Notes: generated from the sequence alone by a model not told the origin. DNA of 61,939 nucleotides from a virus (IMGVR_UViG_3300037225_000134:1-61939), one strand, 5' to 3'. Shown: positions 9,655 through 20,447, numbered from the stretch's first letter. Program-made: numbers and translations.

Positions 9655-10133
9655 TAAATGTGTGGTGCGGACTGTGGTATGCTTGGATATGCCCTAAGTT
9701 GACAGGTGAATATTATTAAGGTGGTACTATGACAAGAGAAAGAAAATTGGAATATGCGCTAAGATGCGCTATTGAGGCATTGCAACTGGTTAACGCGACC
9801 ATATTAATATCAAACGCAATAGAGGATACTATCTGGTGCAAAGGCGACAATATGACCACACTCTATGACTTTGTAGAATGTGAGATAATCCGGGCCAAAG
9901 ACGCTATCAAGAAGCCCGACGACTATCTTAGAAGAAACACATTTCCACCAATGAGTTAAGAGGTGCTATCATATGGGAAGATCGATATGCGTAATATGTA
10001 AAGATGAAAAGGACGACTCCGAGTTTACGGATACTTTCGGAGAGCTTCAGCCCGATTGTAATCAATGCCGGGAATCATGGTATCAAACCGTAAAAAACCG
10101 ATACATGGCCCGGTTAGCTGGTGAGGTATTTCT

Positions 10134-12719
10134 ATGGTAAAAATCCAGATTTTAGACGTAAGTTACTACACCAATTTTAGGACCAAAGAGCCAATTATTC
10201 AAATTTTTGGGAAAGACTCTGAAGGTAAGTCTCAGGTAATAAATGTTAGTGGCTTTAGGCCATACTTCTATGCGCTACCTATGCATATTGGTCGCGAGGA
10301 TGAGGAAGGCATAATTATCGAGGACGAATATCCTCAGTTAAGTATAAATATAGTAAGTCGATATCTTCCGATGGGATACCAAGAAGGGCCTAGAAAAGTA
10401 TATGTGATAAATTATACTAATCCACAAGATACCAGGGACTTCAGGGAGCGACTAGTTACTGATGGATATGTCAAAGAAGTCTATGAGGCTGATATCCTAT
10501 TTAAGAATAGGTTCATGGTGGATCTAGGGATTAAAGGCTTTGATTGGATTGAAGTACCTGGAGAAAGATGCACTTACCAAGAGATTAAGGTACTAAAAGA
10601 TGAAAGCATTTTGCCATTTCGGGTAATGGGCCTGGATATTGAAACAGAAATACCTGAAACAGGTGGATTCCCGACAGCAGATAAATGTAGTATTATAATT
10701 GCTACGTTGGCATTTGAGCCACTCTTTGAGGGCCGGGCCTCTATGGTACTGGCAGTACATAAAATGAGCGCCACGGACGTATTAGACGGTATGCCAGGCC
10801 AAGTACCACCGTATCTTAGACTCTTCGAGAGGGAGGATCAACTACTAGACTACCTGGAGCAAATAGTTCACGACTACGACCCGGATATTATAGTAGACTA
10901 CAACGGCAATGAGTTTGATATGGGCTATATCACTGATAGGTTAAATATAGTATCACTAAAGAATGATATGGGTCGAAATGGCCGAAGCTGGTTCTGCAGG
11001 GAAAGCCCAGATAAAACCACCTGGCAAATACCGGGCCGGATTCACTTAGATCTATTACCCCTCATCAAGAAGCATGTAAATCCTACTGAGTTTAAAAGCC
11101 TCAAACACCCCCTCAAGGAGTATTCCCTTAAGTATGTAGCGTCACAGCTATTAGAGGTACAAAAGCTGGATATGAAGCCATCAGAGATGCGTAGGGTATG
11201 GGAAAGCGATGAATGGCCCAGGATGATAGAATACGCCAGGCGCGACGCCGAGTTAATGCCACTACTCCTAAACAAGGTGCAACTGCTAGACAAATACATA
11301 GCGTTGGCTCAGGCGGCAGGGTGTCTACTGCAGGATGTCCTTAACGGCGGCCAAAGCACTATGATCGATATGCTCATGATAAGGGAATTCAAGAAGTATG
11401 ATAGACTTATCCCTATGAGGCCGTCTTTCGGGCAACAAAAGGAGCATGAAAACCAGTTAAAGGAGATTCAGAAAACTTTAGATGGTTTAGACCTGGAGGA
11501 ATACTCTGATAGTGACGGCGTGCAATACCAGGGAGGTCTAGTATTACCGCCAGAAGTAGGGCTATGGGAATGGATAGTTATAATGGATTTTGCCAGCCTA
11601 TATCCCTCGATTATGCGTGCGTTTAACTTAAGCCCCGATACCATATACTACGAGAACGGGAAAGCTAAGTTTAGGATGGACTTCCAGGGGATAGTACCTA
11701 AGATCTTAGAAAGGCTATATGAATCCAGAGTTGCCTATAAAAAGGAGATGAAGACCACCACCGATATGCAGCTTAAGGCTCAGTTAAATCTCAAGCAGTA
11801 TGGATGTAAGATACTCCTAAACTCAATTTACGGGTACTTCGGCTTTGATAAAAGTCGACTGTTTGAGATGAGCATTGCCGCCAAGGTGACGGAGGAAGGC
11901 CGGAATGCACTAATTTTAACCAAGAAAACAGTAGAGTCCCATAAAGGGCTTAAAGTAATAGCCGGGGATACCGATAGCGTTTTCATCCATGTAGGCAACG
12001 GTGAAATGAATCACCGGATGTTTGATATCAACAGATTTGTCTATGCCACCAGAATAGGTAAAATAATTCATGATGAAATGGCTGAACTACTTCCAAAACC
12101 TATGAGCCTGGCATTCGAGGCATACGGGAAACGTGGTATACTTCTTGCAAAAAAGAGGTACGCTATTGCAATAACTGAAGACGGTGATAAATATACCATT
12201 AAGCAGCGAGGCATAGAGACTCGCCGGAGAGACTGGTGCAATTATGTGGAAGAGACACTTTCAACAGTTTTTGATACTCTCTTAAATGAGGGTGACATAA
12301 CCAAGGCGGGAATCTATGCAAAAACCCAGATCGAACGGATCGCGAAGCTTCAATATGTCACTGACGACCCGGATCTACTAGCCAAATTGGTGCTAAGTAA
12401 GAAGTACTCTAAACCAGTGGACCAATATAAAGTTAAAACTATGCATATGGAGGCATTGAAGAGAGCACAAGCTAGAGGAGACGAAAGCATTCACCTTGGA
12501 GACCGGATTATGTTCTATGTGGTCGATAAGCATGTTAAGCAATCCACTGCAAAAACGGAAGTAGTAGACTATGTTATAGAACAAAATTTGCCTATCGATA
12601 AGGACTATTACATAAATAAGCAACTAGCTCCACCTTTGGAAAGAATTTTCAAAGTGTTAAACTTCAATATCGCCACGGGTCGATTCAATGGTAAGCAGGT
12701 AACATTTGAAGGGTTCTGA
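10134..12719 (+). CDS. polB: Family B DNA polymerase with proofreading domain and C-terminal PIP box
   Basis: Exo DIET, YNGNEFD, YARRD; pol DFASLYPS, KILLNSIYG, GDTDS, KKRY; ends KQVTFEGF; no intein seen. Confidence 0.97.
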   Translation: MVKIQILDVSYYTNFRTKEPIIQIFGKDSEGKSQVINVSGFRPYFYALPMHIGREDEEGIIIEDEYPQLSINIVSRYLPMGYQEGPRKVYVINYTNPQDTRDFRERLVTDGYVKEVYEADILFKNRFMVDLGIKGFDWIEVPGERCTYQEIKVLKDESILPFRVMGLDIETEIPETGGFPTADKCSIIIATLAFEPLFEGRASMVLAVHKMSATDVLDGMPGQVPPYLRLFEREDQLLDYLEQIVHDYDPDIIVDYNGNEFDMGYITDRLNIVSLKNDMGRNGRSWFCRESPDKTTWQIPGRIHLDLLPLIKKHVNPTEFKSLKHPLKEYSLKYVASQLLEVQKLDMKPSEMRRVWESDEWPRMIEYARRDAELMPLLLNKVQLLDKYIALAQAAGCLLQDVLNGGQSTMIDMLMIREFKKYDRLIPMRPSFGQQKEHENQLKEIQKTLDGLDLEEYSDSDGVQYQGGLVLPPEVGLWEWIVIMDFASLYPSIMRAFNLSPDTIYYENGKAKFRMDFQGIVPKILERLYESRVAYKKEMKTTTDMQLKAQLNLKQYGCKILLNSIYGYFGFDKSRLFEMSIAAKVTEEGRNALILTKKTVESHKGLKVIAGDTDSVFIHVGNGEMNHRMFDINRFVYATRIGKIIHDEMAELLPKPMSLAFEAYGKRGILLAKKRYAIAITEDGDKYTIKQRGIETRRRDWCNYVEETLSTVFDTLLNEGDITKAGIYAKTQIERIAKLQYVTDDPDLLAKLVLSKKYSKPVDQYKVKTMHMEALKRAQARGDESIHLGDRIMFYVVDKHVKQSTAKTEVVDYVIEQNLPIDKDYYINKQLAPPLERIFKVLNFNIATGRFNGKQVTFEGF

Positions 12720-12743
12720 CCTTGAGCTACATCTAGCTCAGGG
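12720..12743 (+). terminator. Hairpin immediately after the polB stop
   Basis: CCTTGAGCTA-CATC-TAGCTCAGGG; no strong U-tract. Confidence 0.4.
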
Positions 12744-12789
12744 TACCCCTTCCGCAACCTTTAAATACTAGTAGCGTATGTAGTACCTT

Positions 12790-13015
12790 GGAAGAGATAA
12801 GCCTACTTCCTGAGGGGCCATAATACTAGCTATGAGTCATCGAATAAGCAACGTAGCTCATACCAGATATTAGAGAGACCGTTAAACCGTGTCCTTTGAT
12901 ATTGTTGGTTCAATGCTTCAAAAGTCCGGCTACTGCCGTAGACGATTGGCTAGGAGAATACCGAATAGGCACCAGGAAGGATTAATATAAGGTGTCCGGT
13001 ATCTCCGATCCTTCC
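12790..13015 (+). ncRNA. Putative structured ncRNA (about 225 nt) with its own promoter
   Basis: TATA TTTAAATA at 12760-12767; closing stem GGAAG(A)GAT/ATCCTTCC; several internal hairpins; 7-bp CTTCCTG/CAGGAAG long-range pairing; no listed ORF. Confidence 0.6.
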
Positions 13016-13863
13016 AAATTATAAATTTCTGGAGATGAAAATATGGGCGCAACACATATGAATAGATGGGGATATTGCAAAGACTGCAAGAAAAGCTTCT
13101 TTCTTTACTCTTCTTTAATAAGGGCCTTTGCTAATGGTTGTCCGGCGTGCGGATCAAAGAACATAAAAAGAACGCTATTAACTGATGGATATATGGAGGA
13201 ATGAATGACTAAACATTATGATAAATACGAGTTTGCAGTAGCTCGTGGTACTGTGGAAATAGCAAAATACCAAGGTATGCTCGTGGTCGATTTGCTAAAA
13301 TTAGCAATGCCAGCGGAATATGATGCTATGGAAAGATTCTTTGCGGCAACAGGCCATAAGTACACTACTTTTGATGTAGCATATAACTTGGATCGTGCCA
13401 TTAATATGTTTAAATTCAGATTCGTAAGACAATATGAGGAGGAATGAATAAAATGGGAAATAAAATGATGGCTATATCGTTGCATGAAAGAATCAAGAGA
13501 ACGCTATGCTCGGGATGTGATCTATTCAAGGCTAGCAGATGCAGATGCAAGAATGATAATCTTCTTAACTGCATAGTATCTTTGGCAAATGAGCATATCC
13601 TGCATGAGCAGGCCCAGGCCGCAAAGCTATCTGCAGCCGATGCAATCCATCACAGCATACCGGATACTGATAACTGTGGTGAGTAGGATGAGCGTAGAAT
13701 TTCTAGGTAGAATCAGAGCGGTGGAGACTCAGGACTCTCTCTACTTTGATGTAGTTGACATGGTAACTGGAGCGAGCCTTAATAAGTTCCTGAATACCTT
13801 AATAAAGCGCAATCCCCTTGATATCGTTGGAGTTGTAGTATCTGTTGAAGAGGCTAGATAAGC

Positions 13864-14568
13864 ATGGAGATAATAGGGAGGACCATTGGCGACGTTTGGA
13901 CTCCAGCTTTAAGAAGGATTATTAGTATGGGGGATATAAAATACATCCCTCATCATAACCAGTACGTTGTAGAGCTGGATGAGCCTTTGATGCTGTCGGT
14001 ATCTCACCCGTTGGAGGATATTATACCTGAAGGCTCAGGGTGGAATAAATATCAATTAGAGCTTTATGCAGATCAATACCTAGAGCCGTTTAATGATCGT
14101 GGTTTTGTTTATACTTATGGCTCAAGGTTGCAGGCCTTTGGTCAAATACATAGCGTTATAAATAAGCTACGTAACGATCCTGCAAGCAGGCAGGCAGTAG
14201 CTATAACCTGGCGACCAGTTCAAGATAACATGAGTGAGTATCCCCCCTGTATGATGCTAATGGACTTCAAGATATACGGGGATAAAATAAGCACGGCGGT
14301 ATACTTCAGGTCGAATGATATGTTTCAAGCGTGGCCTCAGAATTTTTACGGAATAGCCGCGATGGCAAAGTATATATCAACGGAAGTACTAGGACATATT
14401 GATATTGGAAGAATAACAACAATCAGTAGTGCACCTCATATCTATGTATCACTAATAACTGATGCGTGCATACTGGCATACGGTCTTAAAGATGGAATGC
14501 TTGAAGCCAACAAGTTATTTGAACGGGTTAATGGAGTTCATTTAGTAGATGAAGGTGCAATATCATGA
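13864..14568 (+). CDS. thyA: Archaeal-type thymidylate synthase
   Basis: YTYGSRL, SRQAVA, PPCM catalytic Cys, RSNDM, WPQN (Asn indicates dUMP specificity), HIY. Confidence 0.9.
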   Translation: MEIIGRTIGDVWTPALRRIISMGDIKYIPHHNQYVVELDEPLMLSVSHPLEDIIPEGSGWNKYQLELYADQYLEPFNDRGFVYTYGSRLQAFGQIHSVINKLRNDPASRQAVAITWRPVQDNMSEYPPCMMLMDFKIYGDKISTAVYFRSNDMFQAWPQNFYGIAAMAKYISTEVLGHIDIGRITTISSAPHIYVSLITDACILAYGLKDGMLEANKLFERVNGVHLVDEGAIS

Positions 14569-14705
14569 ATACATATTCGAGGGATTATTATATTAAAAAT
14601 TCAGATAGAATAAAAGCAAACCAAAAAACGTATAGAGAATTACATACTGGATCAAGGTGCCATAGAGAACATCATAATGGGGGAATGCTTTATGATAATG
14701 GGTGA
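14565..14705 (+). pseudogene. Internally deleted HNH endonuclease remnant
   Basis: MNTYSRDYYIKNSDRIKANQKTYRE...CHREHH resembles the two ends of the HNH at 54052 (CHRIRH) with the middle missing; ATGA overlap with thyA. Confidence 0.5.
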
Positions 14706-14927
14706 GCATAGCATAGAGACCCGGCGAAATGTTCTAAAGGCCCGCCAAGAGGCGGCCATAACCTTTTGTCCGAGGTGCAATATGCAGATAACGCACTTCA
14801 TAAGTTATGGTAAAGTAGCTGATGGAAAACAAGAGAAGTTTTACCGGTGCATGAGATGCAAGAACGTTCAAGAAAGTTATATACTAATATAAAGGGAGAT
14901 GTAAAGCAATACCAGTAAGCCGGAGAG

Positions 14928-15578
14928 ATGTTGATGAGTGATAAAAATAAAAATTTCTGTAGTAAATATGAACTGGAACATAATGCATGGTTACAAAATA
15001 AGTATGTCACAGATAAGCATTTAAATAAAATAATAAGTAATGATATAGTTATAAATATATGTCCATATTGTGATTATATATGTAAAGCAAAATCTAATAC
15101 GGATACTGAAAAAGTATGTATCTTAAAGTCTACTGAGAGTTATAGAGTATGGATAAGGATAACAAATACCCGGCCAAAGGTGGAAGCTGGAAAGACTTAC
15201 GGAAAAGTCAAAGCAGTATACCTGAAATATAAGGATAATTATGGAAATCATTATTGGGAATGCATTAGAAACGGAAAAATAGTAATAATCAGATCGCAGG
15301 AAATATTGCGCGGAGACAACGTTGGTATAGTGAGCAAGAGGAATCAGAGATATATTGGCTCCTCTACAAACCCGGACAAATCGCGGCATGTATTCGCGAC
15401 AGAGCACTCGTCTAGGGTTGGATGTGCGGTTGAACAAATAGTAATGGAAGATATTGAAGGTGAGCCTAAACCAAAAAAGAGTCAACAGAGAGCCATTTGC
15501 AAATGTGGCGGTACTATGCGTTATGAAGTAGATGGGATATGGTGTGATAGATGCAGGTGGGATAATGGAGGAGAATAA
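14928..15578 (+). CDS. Hypothetical Zn-finger protein with a segment resembling N-terminal modules of HNH/AP2 homing endonucleases
   Basis: GKTYGKVKAV...GNHYWEC...IRSQEILRG; CxxC motifs at both ends. Confidence 0.45.
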   Translation: MLMSDKNKNFCSKYELEHNAWLQNKYVTDKHLNKIISNDIVINICPYCDYICKAKSNTDTEKVCILKSTESYRVWIRITNTRPKVEAGKTYGKVKAVYLKYKDNYGNHYWECIRNGKIVIIRSQEILRGDNVGIVSKRNQRYIGSSTNPDKSRHVFATEHSSRVGCAVEQIVMEDIEGEPKPKKSQQRAICKCGGTMRYEVDGIWCDRCRWDNGGE

Positions 15579-15624
15579 GATACTGAAGCAAAACATTTAT
15601 ATAGAATAATTGCATTTATAGGGG

Positions 15625-15753
15625 TTGAGGAATAAGTATCCCAATCTGAAAAGAATGCCTTCAATGTGGACAAAGACGTACTATGTTGGAACTGCTGGTA
15701 ATGTCTCCGCAGAGGTAATCAAGCGATATATCGAGGAATGTCAAGGAACATGA
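15625..15753 (+). pseudogene. tnpA: C-terminal fragment of TnpA
   Basis: LRNKYPNLKRMPSMWTKTYYVGTAGNVSAEVIKRYIEECQGT*; HUH half absent; stop codon just upstream. Confidence 0.85.
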
Positions 15754-16862
15754 AGACCGCCTACAAGTTCAGGATGTACCCTAATAAGCAGCAAGAAGCC
15801 ATGTTAGATGTAACTCTTGAAACTTGCAGGCACCTCTACAACACTGCTCTGGCGGATCGTAAGAATTGCTATGAACTTGAAGGTATCAGCAGGTCCTATG
15901 AAGATCAGGCAGCTACTTTGACCCTTGAAAAGAAGGAAGGGAAATGGCAAATCTTCTCTCAGGTTTCTCAGGATGTTTTGAAGAGGGTAGACAAAGCCTT
16001 CAAGGCATTCTTCAGGAGAGTCAATGCAGGAGAGAAACCTGGATATCCTCGATTCAAGGGAGACGGCTGGTATAAGTCTTTTACATACCCACAAGTAGGA
16101 TTCAAGGTTGAAGGATCTAAGTTGGTTCTGTCCAAGATCGGCTCCATCAGGATCTTCAAGCATCGAGAAGTCGAAGGCAAAATCAAGACATGCACTATCA
16201 AGAAGGATCTCTTGGGGCACTGGTATGCGATATTAGTATCTGAGATGGAAGATGTTTTTCAGGTCGAACCTAAGGTTGCTATTGGCGTAGATGTTGGCTT
16301 GAAGAATATGGTTGCACTCTCTGACGGCACTGCTATTCAGTATCCCAGGTACTACGTCCAAGCCGAAAAGAAACTTGCAGTAGCCCAAAGAGAGCTTTCC
16401 CGAAAGAAGAAGGGATCAATTAACCGTCAAGTAGCCAAAACCAGAGTCGCTAAGCTCCATCAAAAGATCCAGAACCATCGAGATGAGTTCCTACATCAAG
16501 TATCCAGAAAGCTCGTAGATTCAGCCGATCTAATTGTATTTGAGAACTTGAATATTTCGGGTATGCTCAAGAATCATCACCTCGCAAAGCATATTCAAGA
16601 TCATGCATGGGGCAAACTAATCCAGTTCACTCAAAGCAAAGCTGCAAAGGCTGGCAAAGTGGTAGAACTGGTAGATGCAAGGTACACTTCTCAGAAGTGC
16701 TCCACATGTGGTATAATAGTTCCTAAGACCCTGGCAGATAGAGTTCATTCATGCCCCAACTGTGGGCTGGAGATGGACCGGGATATCAATGCCAGCTTGA
16801 ACATACTCACCCTCGGACTGAGGGGAAGAGCCTATCGAGATACTGCAAAAGCAGGTCAGTGA
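15750..16862 (+). CDS. tnpB: RNA-guided nuclease TnpB (start at the ATGA overlap with the tnpA remnant; ORF track start 15738)
   Basis: MKTAYKFRMYP, GYPRFK, RuvC IGVDVG / VFENL / DRDINA intact, Zn ribbon. Confidence 0.95.
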   Translation: MKTAYKFRMYPNKQQEAMLDVTLETCRHLYNTALADRKNCYELEGISRSYEDQAATLTLEKKEGKWQIFSQVSQDVLKRVDKAFKAFFRRVNAGEKPGYPRFKGDGWYKSFTYPQVGFKVEGSKLVLSKIGSIRIFKHREVEGKIKTCTIKKDLLGHWYAILVSEMEDVFQVEPKVAIGVDVGLKNMVALSDGTAIQYPRYYVQAEKKLAVAQRELSRKKKGSINRQVAKTRVAKLHQKIQNHRDEFLHQVSRKLVDSADLIVFENLNISGMLKNHHLAKHIQDHAWGKLIQFTQSKAAKAGKVVELVDARYTSQKCSTCGIIVPKTLADRVHSCPNCGLEMDRDINASLNILTLGLRGRAYRDTAKAGQ

Positions 16863-17761
16863 AGTAGGAAGCCTTACCCCTTCAGGGGTAGGGAGGAAGT
16901 CACTAAGGTAAGGTGAAAAGGATGGAAAAAATTGATATGTCTGAAATACTGCCTCATAAGAACTGCCTGGTAGAAGCTCCTAACGGAAAAGGGTATGAGT
17001 GCGATATATGCACAGTGTTAATAGGTGGTGGAATGCTTCTTGGGAATGTAATTCTAGGCCAAGAAGAGTTAGAGCTGGAAAACAGAAGATTAATGTTAAC
17101 CAGGATAGATGGACTACTTGTAATGCATGATTTCGCGCCAGTACCAGATATTACCTTCGGCCAATTCCTGCAGCTAAAGGCAAATATCACTGCAGCTATT
17201 ATGAAAGCAAACATGGCTCCTCCACAAGAAGTACCTGCAGTAGTATCACCACCTGGCGAAGTACCATATGACACTACTAAGGTACCGGTACACGATGGAA
17301 TCTTATATGGATAAGGTGATAGTGATGCATGAAGTACAAATTGGAAACCTGAAAATTGTAGTAGGGGATTGCGATGTCATCATAGACGACCTAGACGCCA
17401 GAACCCGTATCTTTAACGATACGGTCGTAGGTGAGAACGCAATCAGGAAGCAGAGAACCAGCGAAGACTACTTAGCAAAGCTGGCGACAGGGCTTATCTT
17501 CAGGCTTAAGAAATCTGATAGGGATGATCTAGTAGACAAAATAATAGAGGGATTATTCAAGTATGAATATTTCCTGGCTGGATACAAAGCCAAGTTTTAC
17601 CTCTATTACTATGATAGGCTTATAGAGTGCGGATATGAGCCACGAGATCCATATGCTGACACTGTAGCCGAGTATGAGCATACCCGGCAGGTAAAAGCCA
17701 AGAGAGATGAGCTGAAGTATCAAGGCTGGAAGTTTGCCCAGACTCATTACTAAATTTTTTC

Positions 17762-17843
17762 ACCAGGTTGCCGGATTGGATAACGGAGCTGACTTAAAAT
17801 CTGCTGTCGAAGGACTTAGAGAGTTCAATTCTCTCACCTGGTA
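17762..17843 (+). tRNA. tRNA-Leu(UAA)
   Basis: Acceptor ACCAGGT/ACCTGGT + A discriminator, loop CTTAAAA, long variable arm, T arm GAGAG-TTCAATT-CTCTC; one T-T mismatch in the anticodon stem; no encoded CCA. Confidence 0.85.
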
Positions 17844-18074
17844 TTTCTCTTTAATGGAGATCAATTATGAATAATAAAGCATTGATGGATAAAGAGTTGA
17901 CTGACTTAGAGTATAAGTTAGTGACCTTGATAGTACGGTATGCTGGCATAGAATACTTTGACGCCATTAAGGTACTACCAAAACTTGCAGCAATGTCTAA
18001 GAGAAAATAAATTTATTTCTATTCTTTACATTTTTAGGACTAATTATATATATATTACAGCATGGTGTTATGTT

Positions 18075-18470
18075 ATGTCTAGGCAGACTTCGTATAATGA
18101 GGCGATAAAAAATCGCTTAGTGGAGCATTTAAAGAATGGACATAGCATAGATGATGCGTGTAAGTTGTCTGGATGCAGCGATACGTCATTTTATAAGTGG
18201 TATAATTTATCGATCGATGGGGATGCTAGATACACTGGCTTTGCTGACTCAATAGACGAGGCAAAGGCGGAAGCTATTGATGTAATTCTTGAGAAGATCA
18301 AAGAACTTGGAGCAGTCAAAGAGGATTGGCACGCTTATGCTTGGATTTTGGAAAGGATGAGCAAACACTGGAATAAGCAGGAAAAAATTGAAGTATCCGG
18401 CGATGATTTACCTATCGTGTTAGTTTGGGCTGACCAGCTTTCTAAAGACAAGAATGATGAGGTGGAATGA
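18075..18470 (+). CDS. Terminase small subunit, probably leaderless (ORF track start 17958 looks too far upstream)
   Basis: HTH (SIDDACKLSGCSDTSFYKW) and DWHAYAWILER motif; TTATATATAT about 25-30 nt before the ATG at 18075; upstream of terL. Confidence 0.75.
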   Translation: MSRQTSYNEAIKNRLVEHLKNGHSIDDACKLSGCSDTSFYKWYNLSIDGDARYTGFADSIDEAKAEAIDVILEKIKELGAVKEDWHAYAWILERMSKHWNKQEKIEVSGDDLPIVLVWADQLSKDKNDEVE

Positions 18471-19142
18471 TGATGAAAATTGAGACGTTTAAACCCTTAT
18501 ATAATGAAAGTTCCATACAATTGCTTATCAAACTCAATGAGGCTATTGATAAGCTCAATGAGGTTATAGACCACGTTAACATATTAGAGGAAGAATTCCC
18601 GGAGGATAATAATGATACTTACTAAAGAGCAAATGAAAACAAATACCATAGTTGCAGATATGCTTATGAACACGGCACAGAGGCTACTAAATGGCACTAT
18701 GCGAGTGCTACAAGCATCAGAACGTCTTGAGTTAGACGATATAACCACCGACTTTGATAGCGTTATGCGTAGACCTAATGGAATATATCACTTTGATATG
18801 ACTCTATTCGAGGACATTAGAAGCCTGGGCCTTTATATTGAGCGGGAGCCATTAAATGAGTGATATGCTTATGAATATGATAGACCTATTAATCGATATG
18901 GATCAATTCTATGATAACGATTTAATACACTTGACGTATGCTGCATATGGAGCAAAATTTGGAGCAAACTGGCAGGATACTTACACATTTGGAGCAGACG
19001 AAGCACTTATTTAAGTGCTACTCCAAACACAAAACCGGAACCCAAACTACTCTTTTATTTTTCCTTATTATTATTATTCTCATTATATTCGTTTTATGAG
19101 TTTAGGAAGTTACCTAACAATATATAACATTAGGAGAATATA

Positions 19143-20447
19143 ATGCAACCAATTACAGCACCTTACCTTTACCCGGAACAGGCTGATATCGTAGCTGACA
19201 AAACCCGATTTAAGGCAGTATGTGCAGGGCGGCGTTTTGGTAAGACTAAAATGTGTAGCGTTATCGCTTTCGATAAAGCTATGCGTGGCAAAAAGGTTTG
19301 GTGGGTTGCACCGTCCTATACTGCGTGTGACCTGGGCTTTGGAGAGATCGAGGCTTTATTTAGGCAGATCCCCGCACTCTATTCTAAGTTAATCATTAGC
19401 AGAACCAAACCCAAGAAGATTGAACTTCCTAACGGGGGATTCATTGCCTTCAAGTCAGCAAACCGGGCCGATTTTTCGAGAGGTGAGGGCCTGGATTATA
19501 TGATTATAGACGAAGCAGACTTTCTTGAAGAAGTAGCCGAGAACAACGGTAAGACCTGGAACGAAGTTCTACGTCCTACTTTAGTTGACCACAAAGGCGG
19601 CGCTATTTTAATTTCCACTCCTAATATAGAAAACGGGTGGTTTCATAAATTTTGGCTAAAAGGCCAAAAAGGTGATAATCCACAGTATAAGAGCTGGAGT
19701 TATTCGTCTTATACTAATCCTTTTATAGATGCTTCTGAGATCGATGATGTTAAGGTAGACACTCCAAGCATTACATTCCGCCGCGAGTATATGGCAGAGT
19801 TCGTATCATCTGCAGGCGCGAGGATACAACGTGCGTGGCTCGAAGATCGTTACCTGGATATGCCTCAGAAATCCGTTCTGGATCAGATGTCAATATCAAT
19901 GGGTGTTGACCTGGCAATATCCGAGAAGAAAACAGCGGATTATACTGCTTGTGCTATTCTGGGCCGGGATGTCAAAGGCAGCGTCTATGTTTTGGATGTC
20001 CGAAGAATGCGCGGATCATTTCAGAGTCAAATTGCTTTTATCAAACAACAGGCAGATAAATGGAATCCCTCGTATATAGGTATTGAGAAAGTCGGGTACC
20101 AAGACGTTATGGTTCAAACTATATCCAGGGCCACAAACTACGCTGTCGTAGGCGTGCCAGCAAATAAGGATAAGATCTTTAGATTTGCTCCCTTAGAGGC
20201 CCGGTACGAGCGCAAAGAAGTCTATCATGTTAGAGGACTTCCTCCAGAGTTTGAGACTGAGCTTTTTGGATTTCCTGTTGCAGAACATGACGATCAGATA
20301 GACGCGATGTCAATAGCCTGGGCCGTGTTAGGAATACCCCAGGGAGCGGGCGCTATAACTGGAGTATTTTCTGGTAATAGTGGAAGCTTAGGCGATTTCG
20401 GTAATGATAGTAGCATGGACATTGAAGATGTTCCGTGGCCGGAATAA
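19143..20447 (+). CDS. terL: Terminase large subunit
   Basis: Walker A AGRRFGKT, Walker B IIDEA, ISTP coupling motif, nuclease GVDLA...DYTA...HDDQIDA. Confidence 0.95.
   Translation: MQPITAPYLYPEQADIVADKTRFKAVCAGRRFGKTKMCSVIAFDKAMRGKKVWWVAPSYTACDLGFGEIEALFRQIPALYSKLIISRTKPKKIELPNGGFIAFKSANRADFSRGEGLDYMIIDEADFLEEVAENNGKTWNEVLRPTLVDHKGGAILISTPNIENGWFHKFWLKGQKGDNPQYKSWSYSSYTNPFIDASEIDDVKVDTPSITFRREYMAEFVSSAGARIQRAWLEDRYLDMPQKSVLDQMSISMGVDLAISEKKTADYTACAILGRDVKGSVYVLDVRRMRGSFQSQIAFIKQQADKWNPSYIGIEKVGYQDVMVQTISRATNYAVVGVPANKDKIFRFAPLEARYERKEVYHVRGLPPEFETELFGFPVAEHDDQIDAMSIAWAVLGIPQGAGAITGVFSGNSGSLGDFGNDSSMDIEDVPWPE

Larger units (their letters stand above)
15625..16903 (+). mobile_element. Left-truncated IS200/IS605 element (tnpA 3' remnant + intact tnpB + right end)
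   Basis: Right-end hairpin CCTTACCCC-TTCA-GGGGTAGGG (16872-16893), then TCAC ending at 16903. Confidence 0.85.

Noticed and set aside
12790-13015. RNase P or SRP RNA identity for the post-polB ncRNA
   Set aside because: Lacks the GAGGAAAGUCC CR-I motif and the SRP helix 8 internal-loop signature
13864-14568. ThyA as a dCMP/dUMP hydroxymethylase for DNA hypermodification
   Set aside because: Has the Asn of dUMP-specific enzymes and resembles ordinary archaeal ThyA; no kinase or glycosyltransferase partners nearby
18948-18998. Three TGGAGCA repeats as a regulatory array
   Set aside because: Explained by Y/F-G-A codons in a small ORF at about 18856-19014
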